Counted from the first letter of the stretch, positions 1 to 15,456 are shown. The stretch: DNA of 64,000 nucleotides from Eledone cirrhosa (GCA_964016885.1 OZ024754.1:43152001-43216000), one strand, 5' to 3'. The notes: generated from the sequence alone by a model not told the origin. Made by a program: numbers and translations.

Positions 1-355
1 TACACATTGAGGGGTTAGACTGAAGTAAGCTGAGTATTGGGGGTTATATATTCTGGGTTTAGAACTGAGGTAAACTGAATACTGGGGCTATAAATTCTGG
101 GTTCACAGCTGAAGTATGCTGAGTATTGGGGCTACATATTAAGGGTTCAGAGCTGAAGTATGCTGAGTATTGGGGGTGTATATTAAGGGTTTAGAGTTGA
201 AGTAAGCTGAGTATTGGGATTGTATATTTAGGGTTCACAGCTGAAGTATGCTGAGTATTGGGGCTACATGTACATATCTAGGGTTCACAGCTGAAGTATG
301 CTGAGTATTGGGGCTACATGTACATATCTAGGGTTTAGAACTGAAGTAAGCCTAG
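1..355. repeat. Minisatellite, ~44-50 bp unit (gggttcacagctgaagtatgctgagtattggggctacatat), ~8 copies
   Basis: ctgaagta-like core recurs at ~20, 66, 109, 153, 197, 241, 291 and 341. Confidence 0.9.
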
Positions 356-1082
356 TATGGTCACAATTTATCCAGAGGTCAATTTTGAACATGTATATAT
401 TGTATATTGTGTATATAGTATATATAGTTTATATACTTCATATGTTGTATGGATTATATATAGTGTATATACTTCGTACGCTGTATGTAGTGTATATAGT
501 GGACAGATTAAAGACGGTTTTCCTGGAGGGTGGCGAGGGAGATACGCTGGAAGAGCCATTCCCTCGAGGTAGACTGTTGCATATTGCAGCCCCACACAAC
601 CCTGTGGGGATAGAGGAGGGGAGTTATACACTACTCATATTGCAGTGCTCCATGAGACTGGAAGGTGAAGTGAAAGGTGTAGCAAAAAGAGGTATAATAG
701 ATAAAAAGAACCGTAGAATTTACAGGTACATAAACAAATGTACTTGTAATAACTTTCCTTTGAAAAGGTACATTCCATTCAAAATTTCTGGTAAGTGTAC
801 AAATTATACGATAATTTTACAAAGCGTATTGATTTAGTTTCCAAATGTTTAAATTCATCACAATGCTTCAAATGTCAATCTATAATCAATAATAACTACT
901 TAAGTTTTCTCTGTGTATAGATAAATATTCGAAATTGTTTTCAGCGCATTATTTTTACAGCTGAGATTTTTAATTTAAAAAACTCCAATTTTAATGCTTA
1001 AGTTTGCCATAATCTTTATACAGACCAACACACATGCACACATACACAGTCATACAAACACACATACAACCTCCCACAATCA

Positions 1083-1127
<45 letters not shown>

Positions 1128-1235
1128 TTCAAGCGTTAAACTAATATATTCCTTCCATATACTGTACCGTTTGTGTTGTTATTTCTGTTTACCTTTTACA
1201 TACATGCATACATACATACATACATATATACATAC

Positions 1236-1600
1236 AGCTGCCCACTTGATGTAAACGTTGTCAGAAAAATACAGGAGAAGGAGGACATCTACGGACCATT
1301 GATGAGGAGTTTACAAATCCAGTATCCAAGATACACCTTTAGCTTCATACCCATCATTATTGGAACTACGGGTTATATACCAACCCGCTTGGACCAAAGT
1401 ATGACTGAACTTGGATTTGCGGACAAAGAGCGCAGCTCCCTAATTCATAAACTACAAATAGCTGCGATAGCTGGCACCTTCAAAATTTGCAAAACATTCT
1501 TGCGATTCAAAGGATGACAATTTCTTTTCTTTTACAACCTTACCACCAGGAAGGTGGCCGGTCAAAAAAATATACTCGAAATTAAGAGAAAGAGATAACA
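1236..1600 (+). mobile_element. 5'-truncated non-LTR retrotransposon with a restriction-like endonuclease C-terminus (R4/Dong-like), plus 3' UTR
   Basis: Translation CPLDVNVVRKIQEKEDIYGPLMRSLQIQYPRYTFSFIPIIIGTTGYIP...KICKTFLRFKG* (stop 1515-1517) fits the RLE pattern P.D.N...K..EK...Y..L...IPII.G..G; flanked by (TACA)n and (TA)n. Confidence 0.7.
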
Positions 1601-1767
1601 TATATATATATATATATGCACTATTACGACCACCCACCCGAGCGGTTTATAATTCAAAACGTAATCTTGATTTAACTTCTAGTTCTCAAGAATATACTTG
1701 AAATTTTAGATTACAGCAAGTCTGAGTGTCAGAAGAATTTAGAGCAAAGCCGCGAAAGAAAGAATTC

Positions 1768-2500
1768 GGTGTTTGTATTGTTGTTGTTGTTGGTGGTGGT
1801 GCTGGTGGTGTTGTTGTTGGTGTTGGTGGTGGTGGTGGTGGTGGTGTTGTTGGTGTTTGTAGTGGTGGTGGTGGTGTCGTTGTGGCTGTTGTTGGTGGTG
1901 CTGAAGGTGGTGTTGGTGGAGGTGGTGTTGATGGTGGTGGTGTTGTTGGTGTTGGTGGTGGTGGTGGTGTCGTTGTTGTTAGTGCTGGAGGTGGTGTTGG
2001 TGTTGGTGGTGGTGTCGTTGTTGTTAGTGCTGGAGGTGGTGTTGGTGGAGGTGGTGTTGTTGGTGGTGGTGGTGTTGTTGTTGTTAGTGCTGGAGGTGGT
2101 GTTGGTGGTGGTGGTGGTGTCGTTGTTGTTAGTGCTGGAGGTGGTGTTGGTGGTGGTGGTGGTGTCGTTGTTGTTAGTGCTGGAGGTGGTGTTGGTGGTG
2201 GTGGTGGTGGTGTTGTTGTTAGTGCTGGAGGTGGTGTTGGTGGAGGTGGTGGTGTCGTTGTTGTTAGTGCTGGAGGTGGTGTTGGTGGAGGTGGTGTTGT
2301 TGTTGTTAGTGCTGGAGGTGGTGTTGGTGGTGGTGGTGGTGATGATGTCGTTGTTGCTGTTGTTGGTGTTGGTGTTGTTAGTGCTGGAGGTGGTGGTGGT
2401 GATGGTGTTGTTGTTGCCGTTGTGGCTGTTGTTGTTAGTGTTGGAGGTGATGTTGTTGGAGGTGGTGTTGGTGGTGTTGATGTTGGTGGCGGAGTGTGTT
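1768..2500. repeat. Compound (GGT)n/(GTT)n microsatellite with a recurring agtgctggaggtggtgttggt subunit
   Basis: Direct reading; explains the Gly/Val and Val/Leu ORFs. Confidence 0.95.
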
Positions 2501-2535
2501 GTGTCTGCTACTCGTGATTGTGATGTTGTTATTAG

Positions 2536-2820
2536 AGCGGCGAATTGGCAGTATTGGTTAACCTTTAGACACCATGTGTTACAGCATAGAGTTATGATCC
2601 TTTACGTTCTGAGCTCAAATCCCGCCGAGGTTAGCTTTGCCTTTCATCCTTATGGGGGTCAGACATCATGCTTTGCAACGTGGAGTTACGGCCTTTTACA
2701 GCCTGAGTTCATATTCCGCTGAGGTTAACTTTGCCTTTCATCCTTACGGGGGTCGGTAAAATAAAGTACCAGTAATACACTGGGGTAATTGCTGGCCTTG
2801 TGCCAAAAGTAGAAATAATT
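2536..2820 (+). mobile_element. tRNA-derived SINE family A, with internal partial duplication
   Basis: A-box-like TGGCAGTATTGG, B-box GAGCTCAAATCC, core ctttgcctttcatccttacggggtcgataaaataaagtaccag, tail ggccttgtgccaaaagtagaaa. Confidence 0.85.
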
Positions 2821-2980
2821 GTTGCTGTTTGTGTTCGCTTCAGGATTATAAGATCTTGGTATCAATTAACGGCGGGGCCTCGTGTCCCTGAGCCGGACAG
2901 ACTATTTCACATTGCTCCAGTCAACACAACTGGTGAACAGTTGTACCTATAATTCAAATGGTTATTGTGATCACTATTGG

Positions 2981-3172
2981 GGTGGTGGACTGGAAGTATC
3001 GGTAGAGGGTCGGGCGCTATGCCTTGCAGCATTGAGATATGGCCCTTTACGTTCTGAGTTCAAATCCCGCCGATGTTAACTTTGCCTTTCATCCTTACGG
3101 GGTCGATAAAATAAAGTACCAGTAATACACTGAAGTAATTGTTGGCCTTGTGCCAAAAATAGAAACAATTAT
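2981..3172 (+). mobile_element. SINE family A, full length
   Basis: Same head (gtatcggtagagggtcgg...gagttcaaatcccgcc), core and tail as the other copies. Confidence 0.9.
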
Positions 3173-3826
3173 TTACGACTCGTTAGGACGTCGAATAGAA
3201 TGCTTTGTGGCATTCCATATACACACTGGATTATATATAATTATATAGAATGAAGATCCCATTATACATTCTTAACTTTCATAACTATAGTCACTTAGAA
3301 TTAAGGCAGGGAGGCAGGTGTATATATATCAATTTCAACTTTATTATTAATTATATACATGAATCTGTAAATATACATACATAAAATGTAAACATCGATA
3401 TTGTCAACACTTTTACACACACGGATATATACACACACACACAGACAAATACACACACACACATAAACACACACACACATGTATGTAGGGTGTGTTGACT
3501 TACATAATTATTAAGAAGACCAAATATTTACTCAATGCTAGTATCAGAATCAAATATATTATAGAACATGGAGTGTGGAAAAACACAGAGTGACGTATAT
3601 TTACATATATATACAAATATACATATATATATACATACATACATACATATATATATATATATACATGATGGCTGCCTCCTCGAGTATGGCTATTGCACGA
3701 TATAACATTATTAATAATTATTAATTAATGGTGTCGTGCATACATACACATATACAAACATACATATATATTTACTTACATATATACATAGATGTATGTA
3801 TGCTTGAATACATTCATGTGTGCGTG

Positions 3827-3865
<39 letters not shown>

Positions 3866-3993
3866 GTCTGTCTGTGTGTGTGTGTATGTGTGTGTATACA
3901 TTTATTTATATATATGTATATATATGTACACACATATATACATATATATATATATACATATATCTCTATATATATAAATGTGTATATATATGA

Positions 3994-4166
<173 letters not shown>

Positions 4167-4558
4167 TATATGTACGTATATATATATATGTATATTATAT
4201 GTGTGTGTATGTCTGTGTATGTGTGTAGATTATATACACCTCAAATTCTCGTATTGAATTCTCTAATATGAATATCGAACATATGTGCTATCTGCTGATA
4301 CAACATGTTTTAACACAAATATATTTAGGCTTGTGTTTTATTATCAATATATATATATATATATTGTTCTATAAACAGAATAGAATTGGACGCATGTAAT
4401 AAGGGCATTGATCATCTTAAACCAAGATGAGAGACATTGCAACATAAAACATAAACTTACAACATATCACAAAACAATGCATTAAAAATTATGAAACAGA
4501 CGATATTCTATCTGTCTATTTACATTACTTCCTATCGAGTAGAATTAGAATTCCAATC

Positions 4559-4623
<65 letters not shown>

Positions 4624-4626
4624 ATG

Positions 4627-4671
<45 letters not shown>

Positions 4672-4673
4672 AT

Positions 4674-4749
<76 letters not shown>

Positions 4750-4789
4750 ATGTATGTGTATATATATATATATATATATGTGTGTGTAT

Positions 4790-4851
<62 letters not shown>

Positions 4852-4854
4852 ATG

Positions 4855-4897
<43 letters not shown>

Positions 4898-4899
4898 AT

Positions 4900-4965
<66 letters not shown>

Positions 4966-4991
4966 ATGTATGTGTGTATATATATATATAT

Positions 4992-5079
<88 letters not shown>

Positions 5080-5110
5080 ATATATATAGGTATATATATG
5101 TATGTATATA

Positions 5111-5277
5111 CAGCGAAATTTCGTTATAATGAAATTCACGGCGTATATAAAAAAATTCGTTGTAACGAAAAATTCTTCATAACGAGATCGCTCGAAAGAC
5201 ATCGAGCCGGCGATTGAAGAATTCGTTATGTTGAAAATTTCATTATAATGGTATTCGTTATAACGGAATTTTACCTG
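5111..5277. mobile_element. Tc1/mariner-pogo (Tigger-like) MITE
   Basis: TA|CAGCGAAATTTCGTTATAA ... TTCGTTATAACGGAATTTTACCTG|TA: imperfect TIRs, TA target site, second copy at 6639. Confidence 0.8.
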
Positions 5278-5360
5278 TATATAGCCTGCAGAGGCGATGG
5301 GCTTCACCAGGTTTAAAATGACCAAGAAACGCCGAATGTCATTACGGTACCTCTATGACT

Positions 5361-5449
<89 letters not shown>

Positions 5450-6638
5450 ATCCCGGGTTCAATCGGGGGTAACCACAGTAAGTAAGGTACTCAATACATA
5501 GTATATACACGTATGTGTTTGTGTGCGCACGCACGTCTCCATTTTCCGGCGTTATTCACCGAAATAATATAATTTCAACTAGTTCCCTTGTCGACCATAA
5601 TGGTTGCGAAGACCTTGGGTGTGTAATATAACGTAAGTTGATATCATTATGACCGCTAAAGACTTTATGAAATAGGCGGAGAAACATAAGAGCTTTGAAT
5701 AAAATGTTTTACCGCTACGACTCCGCCATCTGTGTTCGGTTTTTCCAAGGTAAAATTTCCTTTACATCCTTTGGAATCCAACCAGCCCGATATTACAGTC
5801 ACGTGTCTTATTCTTCCTCTCGCTCGCTTTTTTTTCTTCTTTCTATTACGTTAATCCATATCTCACTCTCTTTTTTTCCCTGTCTCTTTTATCTCTTGAA
5901 GAAATCAATTTTGATCAAATCAGAACTGAGAGAGGACCTCTACCTACGAAGACACCCAAATAAGATTCAATCAGGATTTCAGGGTCTATAGAACGATTTC
6001 ATGAAACAAATATCCTTTATCTAAACTTTCATAAATATCCTTATACTAAACTTTCCTTAAAGTTATGAATTATCCTCTACCAAATCAAATATTAAACACA
6101 ATTTTTTCTTATACAGTATTTTGTTGTAGGTTTTTGACGAATGCCTCTTTCATTTAGTCACGATTGTCACAACATTTACCAATAGAAATTGTGAAAAAAA
6201 ATATTCAGCTGTAAATTTTTTTTTTCTTAGGAAAAATCTCATATTTTCCTCTTAGATAACATGGCTACACCACCGGAAATTTCATATCGATATACGAAAT
6301 TCGACCACAGTAATACACAGAGTAAGTATTTGATTATTGACCTCCTTGCGTACTTTGTAACAGATTTATTTTATAGAATGATTACATTTCAGTTATTGTT
6401 ATAATGGTGGATATCTGTACGAAACGAGGGTAACACGCAAGGTATTCACTAGGAGAGACTACAACGAGACTTCGTACACAGAGTTCTCGTGACAGTTCAC
6501 TTCAGTTCTTATATATAGAGTTTCGCCTAGTCTACTTTTAGTTACGCGGGGGTATTCAGAGTTTTTTCCCCATAAAGATTATACAGAACAAAATGATTTA
6601 AACTACACAATTACTTTAGAGATTCACTCTCTGCTATA

Positions 6639-6803
6639 CAGTGAAATTCCATTATAACGAAATTCACTATAAAAAAACTTCGCTGTAACGAAACATTCTT
6701 TATAACGAGATCGACCGAAACATATCGAGCTTGTGGCCGGGATTGAAAACAATTTCGTTATATTGAAAAATTCATTATAATAGTATTCGTTATAACGGAA
6801 TTG
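6639..6803. mobile_element. Second copy of the pogo-like MITE
   Basis: TA|CAGTGAAATTCCATTATAACGAA ... TTCGTTATAACGGAATTG|TA; interior colinear with 5111-5277. Confidence 0.8.
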
Positions 6804-7137
6804 TATTTCTGCTGATCTTCGATTTGAAGAGAAATTATTAATGGCTGTTTATTTTTTTCTTTACTTGTTATTTTTTTTATTTTTTATTTTACTGTATAGT
6901 TAGGAAGGAAAGATGAGGGCCCACGGTTCTTCCCGAGACCTCCAATCCTTGTCCCAAATGCTTGCAAGAGATCGAAATTTGTTAAAGGAACCCAAGAGCA
7001 AATTCGTGGTGGTAAGCCGGGCGGTAGATTAAGTCTGCTACCTAAAATTGATTCTGGTTTCTTAGCGAAAATACAGAAACTTCATGCCACTTTTTCCAAA
7101 ACAAAACTTCGGAGAACACAGTATCCGTAAGGTGTGC

Positions 7138-7206
7138 TATTCTGATATCAAATTCCATTTTCGTTCTATTTCGTGTTCGATAAAATAAACACTCCTCAGC
7201 AGATAT
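7138..7206 (-). ncRNA. Degenerate type-I hammerhead ribozyme-like motif
   Basis: Minus strand: ATATCTG-CTGAGGA-GTGTT/AACAC stem II-GAAA-TA...TAT-C-AGA; core intact, stems I and III weak. Confidence 0.4.
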
Positions 7207-7474
7207 GTACTGACGTAGATATAATCGATAGTCCAGCTTTCCACTGCCCCAATAACAAATATCGTTTTGACCTTGTTACTAAAGTCAACCTTGTTGATGG
7301 AGTTACAAGTCACCAACCATATATTGAACCGGGAACTCAGTAAGCTGGAATAAATGTCAGGGTAGCTAACCTGATCGTCTTATCATTCTACTATTTCGAC
7401 GCCATTAAACAACAACATTGAAAATATTTTTACTAAATGATATTTTCAACAGTCTGTATCAAATGAGCTTTAAA

Positions 7475-7590
7475 GTAATAAATCAAATATCATATATAGT
7501 TCAAACTGGTGCAATAGGTTTACAAAGAAGAGCAATTGTTGAAACAAATGTTAGCTTCACCCTGAACCAAAGGAATCGGAGAACTTAAAT
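7475..7590 (+). pseudogene. Possible decayed Penelope-like GIY-YIG endonuclease fragment
   Basis: Frameshifted reading KSNIIY..(KFK)..C...IVET...LNQR(IGE) resembles SN.IY.F.C...YIGET...L..RI.EH. Confidence 0.3.
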
Positions 7591-7701
7591 GTCATTTTTG
7601 AAATGTAAATAATTGTTAGCTTAATTCATTGGAAAGATTTATATTAATGTTTATTAATTATATAATGTAAATTGTATATCCAAGCACTTTGACTCTACCC
7701 T

Positions 7702-7740
<39 letters not shown>

Positions 7741-7880
7741 CGTGTGTGCGTGTGTGTATTTATATATTAATGACTATCAAATTTCAGCTTTCGGCTTCTC
7801 TTTGCCGTCTCTCACTCTATTCATAAATAGATGTACGTTTAATTAATTATACATACATATATAATATATATACATATATA

Positions 7881-7984
<104 letters not shown>

Positions 7985-8159
7985 CGCATCTACACAGTAT
8001 TTGTGCTATTTTCCATTCCTTCTGAATTCGAGTTTCATTGCAGTTAAATGTTACCATAAATATCTCTAACCCCGGACAACATAATACCAGTTATATACGG
8101 TGTCAATCCAACCGACTATCTTTACTGTTGTACATCAAAATCACCAGACCTCCATATTA

Positions 8160-8410
8160 TAAGTCATATTACACAGGTCAGTTTTGATCTAACAGTCATA
8201 TTGTCAACATGGTTCGGTGCTTCTTTCACCAGAAAGTAGGGGACATGTTTCAAAAGCTCGAGTGGGATATTTTTGCCTTGCGCGGTAAAGGTCTGCTTCA
8301 TGTATTCGTATGCCAGTTTATGAGCTACGCTTATTGAATTGGTGGACAGCTTTGATTTGTTCCAGATGTATTTATGTTGATATTTGGACAATCTGCGGTC
8401 TTATTTACGC
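8160..8410 (-). pseudogene. Possible decayed Penelope-like GIY-YIG endonuclease fragment
   Basis: Minus strand, with frameshifts: V.K..DCPN..HKYI(GQS)K...AHKLAYE...LLKHV. Confidence 0.3.
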
Positions 8411-8414
8411 TCAC

Positions 8415-8467
<53 letters not shown>

Positions 8468-9157
8468 TGTGGGATGCTTAAAGCGTCCGTATGCGGTAGG
8501 CCGTTTGAGCACTCGATGCTCTTACAGGAGAAACGATTGTAATATGTCTAATAAATTCTAATTCGTCTAGGATCCAGAAACCTTTGGTAATGGATCAGTT
8601 ATATATTGTGTTGTTCACTTTCTAATTAAATAAAAAATATGTATATATATATATATATATATAATGAATCCATCAGAAATATTCCATTATTTATTAGGTT
8701 GTTTGACCTTTTAAGGGTATTTCAAAGGTTCTTGGGAAACATTTACCCCTTAACGAACACGAACGGACCGTATATATATATATTTATAAGAAACTTAAAC
8801 AATACATTCATATACAAGCTAAGTTTGATAGAAAAGATATTACGGTGCCGTTTGCCGGAATCGAATCACATACCTGTTATATACTGGGAAACCTCACAGA
8901 GCAACTGTGACAAGACGACATGACGGAGTGGAGTATAGAAGATAGCATATATAAATATGTTACTGGATTAAACTTCAGTGCTATTTTTACTGTCTTAGTT
9001 GATGGCGGTCAACAGAACAGGAGCAATCACTAACCATCAACTAACAGACCATCACAATCTTGTTAACAAAGAACAGTCGTTTCAAACATCTATGTATTGT
9101 GTGTATGATCTTTAGAGAGAAATTGATCCATTCTTGATTGCATTATCAACAGGAAAA

Positions 9158-9285
9158 CGGCGGTGGATTGGCAGTATCGGTAGAGGGTCAGACACCAAGC
9201 TTTCCAGCATAGAGTTACGTCCCTTTACGGCCTGAGTTCAAATCCCGCCGAGGTTAACTTTGCCTTTCATCCTTACGGATAAAAT
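9158..9285 (+). mobile_element. SINE family A, 3'-truncated
   Basis: ggcggtggattggcagtatcggtagagggtc...gagttcaaatcccgccgaggttaactttgcctttcatcc. Confidence 0.85.
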
Positions 9286-9490
9286 CGTTAATTTATATAT
9301 AATAAATATAATATATACTATGTATAAATAAATATTATATATATTTTTTATTTTACTATATTTATACATAATATATATCATTTGATATTTAATATACTAT
9401 TATATCACCCCTACCGCCATCTTGGGCCCCACTGGACCATCTCAATGACCCCTGGGGTGATAGCGTCCACTTTGAGAACCTTTTCTCTCG

Positions 9491-9637
9491 CCCTTTACCA
9501 TTTAAATTGGCCTTAACCGGCCAGAATTCCTTCACCGCTTTCTGTTCAAAATAGCTGTAACTGAGATAATTGTGTGAGATAAAGTCTTTACTGTGAAGCT
9601 ACAATAGTATATATAGAGTAATGTAAATGGTAAAGGG
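9491..9637 (+). mobile_element. 147-bp MITE with perfect 14-bp TIRs (piggyBac-like CCC...GGG ends), carrying one copy of the satellite-forming unit
   Basis: CCCTTTACCATTTA ... TAAATGGTAAAGGG; interior homologous to the elements at 43222 and 61850. Confidence 0.8.
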
Positions 9638-9842
9638 CTTGAGCGCAAGGACCGTGCCATATCCAAGTCGCGGACAATGCAGTCTTGAACTGACTGTAAC
9701 TAGAAATGTTCCCTTGTTATCAAATTTCTACATCCTTCAATCGAGTTTAGTTTGTTTATTTTGTGACAAAATAAAGATGTTAAAGATGAACGTTGGAAAG
9801 TAATAATTTACTTATTTATTTATATTTATATAAGCATAATAT

Positions 9843-10008
9843 ATTGGTTTCTTATATAGGCACAAGGCCAGTAATTTGGGGAGGGGGAAGTCGATTAAAT
9901 CGACCCCAGTGTGTGACTGGTACTTTATTTTATCGACCCCGTAAGGATGAAAGGCAAAGTTAACCTCGACGGGATTTGAACTCAGATCATAAAGGGCCGT
10001 AACTCTGT
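9843..10008 (-). mobile_element. SINE family A
   Basis: Reverse complement of core (ctggtactttattttatcgaccccgtaaggatgaaaggcaaag) and B-box (ggatttgaactc). Confidence 0.85.
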
Positions 10009-10432
10009 CACTTATACAAAGCGACTGAGTAACGACTTAAGAATTATACAATCAAACCCTCTCTGCAATACCAGGTTGTTATGTAGCCCGTGTTAAGAGC
10101 TTAAAAAGTATAAAAAGTGAGGTTACCAGCATTCTGTGATCAATATTGCTTTAGAAACAAATACAAATTTAGCATAGCAGTTCTTTAAAAAAGGAAGAAA
10201 GGAACTCAGAGGTGGGTTTTGGCTTTTAATACTGTGTGACCAGTTCTCAGAAGTGTTTTCGCTGTTTAATAATAAACCAATGAAAAATGATGTTCTAATA
10301 AGTAAAAAAAAATATAAAAAAAAAAAATTAAAGGAACATAAACAAACAAACAAACAAGTAAACAGACCCACCCCCACCCCCACCATAGCCGAAACTTCTT
10401 CAATAAAAGGAAACAATAATGTTAGAACGCTG

Positions 10433-10484
<52 letters not shown>

Positions 10485-10658
10485 CACACACACACAGATA
10501 TATATATATATATATATAAATACATATATATATAAATATATACATACATATAAATATATATATATATATACAAATATATATATATATACACACACACACA
10601 TATATATGTACATACATATACGTGAATATATATATCTATATTATATATACATATATAT

Positions 10659-10693
<35 letters not shown>

Positions 10694-10726
10694 CATATAT
10701 AATATATAGATATATAGATATTTACG

Positions 10727-10781
<55 letters not shown>

Positions 10782-10807
10782 CTATATATCTATATATATA
10801 TATATAT

Positions 10808-10923
10808 AAAACGAAGGAAATGTGGTAAGGAACCAGGTGGACCATAACGCACCAAAGTACTCAATAATGTCCAGAATTAGCCGTCGAAACGGCTTGAGCT
10901 CAGCCGTCGGGGTCCTACTCGTT

Positions 10924-10927
<4 letters not shown>
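10808..10927. mobile_element. Short PLE-pLTR-like element family D (carries a 3' half-hammerhead GAAACGGCT..AGCCGTC), in (TA)n
   Basis: Shared blocks with 28855-28940, 39805-39860, 41930-41990, 50785-50960 and 55750-56492. Confidence 0.65.
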
Positions 10928-10969
<42 letters not shown>

Positions 10970-11247
10970 CATACATATGCTTAACTATCCTATCATTACG
11001 TTCGTTCATCCACTCGTTGAGTTCTTGATTCACATGTTTCTGTCTTCACATTTTCCACATTCCCAGTTCAACATATTCACCTCTTCCTATTACTATTCAC
11101 CATTTTTTGTTCCATATTACTCACTCGAAATAGGTTAACGTCGTCCTTCCTTATGGAACTTCTCTCGTTCTTGCAGACTTTTCTTAAAACCTCAAAGAGA
11201 GGACCTTCGTTTATTTGGTTATGTAGATATTGATTTCCCAATGTACA

Positions 11248-11288
<41 letters not shown>

Positions 11289-11403
11289 AAGGGCGGTGCC
11301 CCAGCATGGCCTCAGCCTGGTGGCTGGAACAGGTAAAAGAGTATATATATATATAGAGAGAGAGAGAGCTAGAGAGAGGGTGAGAGAGAGAGAGAGAGAG
11401 AGC

Positions 11404-11444
<41 letters not shown>

Positions 11445-11603
11445 TTGCCACAGAGTGAAGGATATCAGTTTTTCAAATGCAAAACGAAGATTTTCACCAA
11501 AGGTCTACACAATGAAGAATGTGGAATTTTGAGATGTTTTATGAACAGACGGCGTTTAGGTTGAGAAAGAGAGATAGTAAGAGAGTGAGATAGCTAGATA
11601 TAA

Positions 11604-11665
<62 letters not shown>

Positions 11666-11763
11666 GGATAGATAGAAAGCTAGAAAGCTAGTGAGATAGA
11701 TAGATGAATAGATAGATAGATAGATATGTTTCTTTATTAGCCACAGGGGCACAAAAGAAGGGG

Positions 11764-11801
<38 letters not shown>

Positions 11802-12038
11802 GTAGACAGATATATAGACAGATGGATAGAGTATGTGAGAGAGAGGGGAAGAGAGAAAGAGTTACAAAGGGGAGTGTGTGAGGGAGAGAGAATGGAATGG
11901 AGGGAGATTTTGAAAGAGAATTATATATTCTTTGAAACATCAATTCACGTCACATGTTCCGATTTCGTTAACGAGATATATTCTATTTTGACTATCAAAA
12001 ACACAGACTAACACACAAGCATATATACCTACATACAT

Positions 12039-12121
<83 letters not shown>

Positions 12122-12224
12122 CACACATATGTGTGTGTGGGTGTGTTGTGGGGTGTGTGTGACAATTCTTTCGTTTGCTTCGCCTGTCATGTCTGACAGC
12201 TCTACTCTCTCTCACATACACACA

Positions 12225-12265
<41 letters not shown>

Positions 12266-12338
12266 TCTCTCTCTCTCTCTCCCCATCTCCCATCCTTCAT
12301 AACATTTCAAAAGTGAATACATGAAATATCCTCAACGG

Positions 12339-12449
<111 letters not shown>

Positions 12450-12584
12450 TTATATATATATATTTATATATATATATATATTTATTTATATATATATATT
12501 TATACATATATATAAATTTATATATATATAAATGTGTGTGTATATATATATACACACATATGTGTATATATATATATACACACA

Positions 12585-12678
<94 letters not shown>

Positions 12679-12750
12679 TATATTTATACATATATATATA
12701 TTTATATATATATAAATGTGTGTATATATATATATACACACACATATATG

Positions 12751-12794
<44 letters not shown>

Positions 12795-13159
12795 TATACA
12801 TATACATATGTGTGTGTATGTGTATATGTATATATATATATATATATATATAAATACCATATATACATATATATGTGTGTATATACGTAAGTATGTATAA
12901 CCCTCTTATTAATCAATAATGATACGTTTATTATCTGTTTGTTGTTTTTTTTATTGTTTCATTTCCACACCTGAGGACGAGGAAGGTGTGTGGGGGGTTA
13001 ATTGCAATTGTCATTGTCATTATAATTATAATCATCAACATCATCATCACCACCACCGCCATCATCCTCCTCACCTTTGTCCCTTTCGTATGTCTTTCAT
13101 TTAAATTTTATATTACCGCTTTCGTAACATGCAAGTTCCTTACACATTCCACATTTTTA

Positions 13160-13211
<52 letters not shown>

Positions 13212-13239
13212 CATTATTGTTGTTATTATTATTATTTTT

Positions 13240-13273
<34 letters not shown>

Positions 13274-13471
13274 GAGGTGGGTTGGGTCTGTATGTAAAAT
13301 ATGTCTTCTGTGTGTTTGTATCGTCTTACGAGAGATGATAAGGTTTTTATTTTGTTATAGAATTGTGGGCCATTTTTCCGGTTGTCTTATAACATACATA
13401 CACATATGTATACACATACGTATATAATTATACACACATACACACACATATATATACACAAATATGTCATG

Positions 13472-13513
<42 letters not shown>

Positions 13514-13713
13514 ATTAATTTGTTATCATTACACAGTTGAAACAGTAAAATATTACAATGTTGCTGTTGCTGTTGTTGTTGTTTTTGTACATTCTGTTTT
13601 CTTTGTGTTGTTGTTTTGCATGTAAATATCCATTTCATGCAAAAAGTGTTTCACGTAAGCACATACACATGTATACAGTTATATAATTATATATATATAT
13701 ATACATATATATA

Positions 13714-13830
<117 letters not shown>

Positions 13831-14700
13831 ATATAAATGTATGTGCGTGTGAATATATGTCTGTGCAAGTATTTGTGTGCAAGGGGGGTGTGATGATCTA
13901 AGTAATTACACGTGTGTTTTAGAACCTAACACGTTAGAATATTCACACCATTCTACCACCTCCCATACTTCCTCATGCTGTTTCAGTAATATATTCACAT
14001 GTCACGGTGAATTTAAATATGTATACAAACTAACATGTTTATTAGCATGATTTAACCATTATCATTATTGGCCTTGTGCCTAAATCAGAAACCATTATTA
14101 TTATTATTATTTTTATTTTTATATGAAGTGTCCACGGTTCGAAGACAGGGAAGAGCAGGCATCAAACCAGCACTTGATATATCATGAGATGCAGACATAG
14201 TAAAGAAGAAAATGACCCACGGTGTCCCAGCAGTTTCAACTTGCATTCTAATAATTTGTGAAACTCAAGTTCACACGGATGGGCCCAAAGTTTTCATCTT
14301 CCATCTTTACTTTAATTAACATTAATCTGATCATTGACGGACTGGCTTTGTTCAGAAAACATTGTTATTGTTTATTGTTACCATCAGTCATTTTTCCGAC
14401 AGTTACGGCTTTTAAAAGATTTGGTTTTAGTTAATTTATTTCCAATGAATTCTGTATGAGATTCTCACCATGTAAATCTGGATAGACGATATGGCTTTAA
14501 ATCATTGTAGATAGTATGGTTACATTCCTCGGTGGATTACTACAGCTTAATGCTTCACCATATATATAGATACATGCACAGACAGGTTTGTATGATCAAG
14601 ACACGCAGTATATCATTATGACGCCCCTACGACTCCATCTGCAGTTATGGGCCCATGGATGGATACACACACACGCACACAGACACCTACACATACACAG

Positions 14701-14765
<65 letters not shown>

Positions 14766-14882
14766 GGAGCTCAAATGTTCACAAACTCAGAAACGGTTTG
14801 ATTCTCCTATGTACTTTTGCTGTTACTGCAGTATTAAATAGTAACAGTAGTAGTAGTAATACTAGTAGTCGTAAACCTAGTG

Positions 14883-14927
<45 letters not shown>

Positions 14928-15456
14928 ATAATGGTGATAATAATAATAATAATGGTGGTAATAATATTAATAATAATAATAATCTCTTTGTGTGTTTGCA
15001 TTCCTTGTTATCCATTTCAAAATGTCGTCTTTCGTTCGTTTGTATCCATTTAAGTTTATTTGTTTGTTTGCAGCTTTTTCTGTGTTTACTTTATTTTATT
15101 TTTCTTTCTTTATATTTTTTCTTATTTATTAATATTATTATTTTTTTGTTTTTATGTTGTTCATGCGTAATTTTGAATTTTTTTTAAAAATTGTTTTCGT
15201 TAATTTCTTTTTTTTTTATTTACAACAAATGTTTCTTTGTTCTCTGTTCGCGGTTAAAAGAATGTCTTCTCTCTTTTCTTTATATATATATTTATATATA
15301 AATTTATATATATATATTTTTTTAATTTACTGTTTTCCCGCTCTTGTAAAAAGAAAGAAAAAAAAGCTTCAAATGCTTTTTTCAGGGAAAACAAAATTTG
15401 CGGAGTTTGTTTCGTTTTAGTTTTTCTTTTCTGTATATATATATATTTTTAATATT

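Noticed and set aside
368-631. Minus-strand peptide PLSPQGCVGLQYATVYLE as an RT fragment
   Set aside because: Only a vague resemblance to an RT motif; too weak to call
1726-2722. Gly/Val-rich ORFs, or a Pro/Thr-rich mucin-like antisense reading
   Set aside because: Pure triplet repeat with no non-repetitive coding flanks
12966-12992. CACAC-CTGAGGA..GAAG-GTGTG hammerhead look-alike
   Set aside because: No stem II, GAAA or stem III
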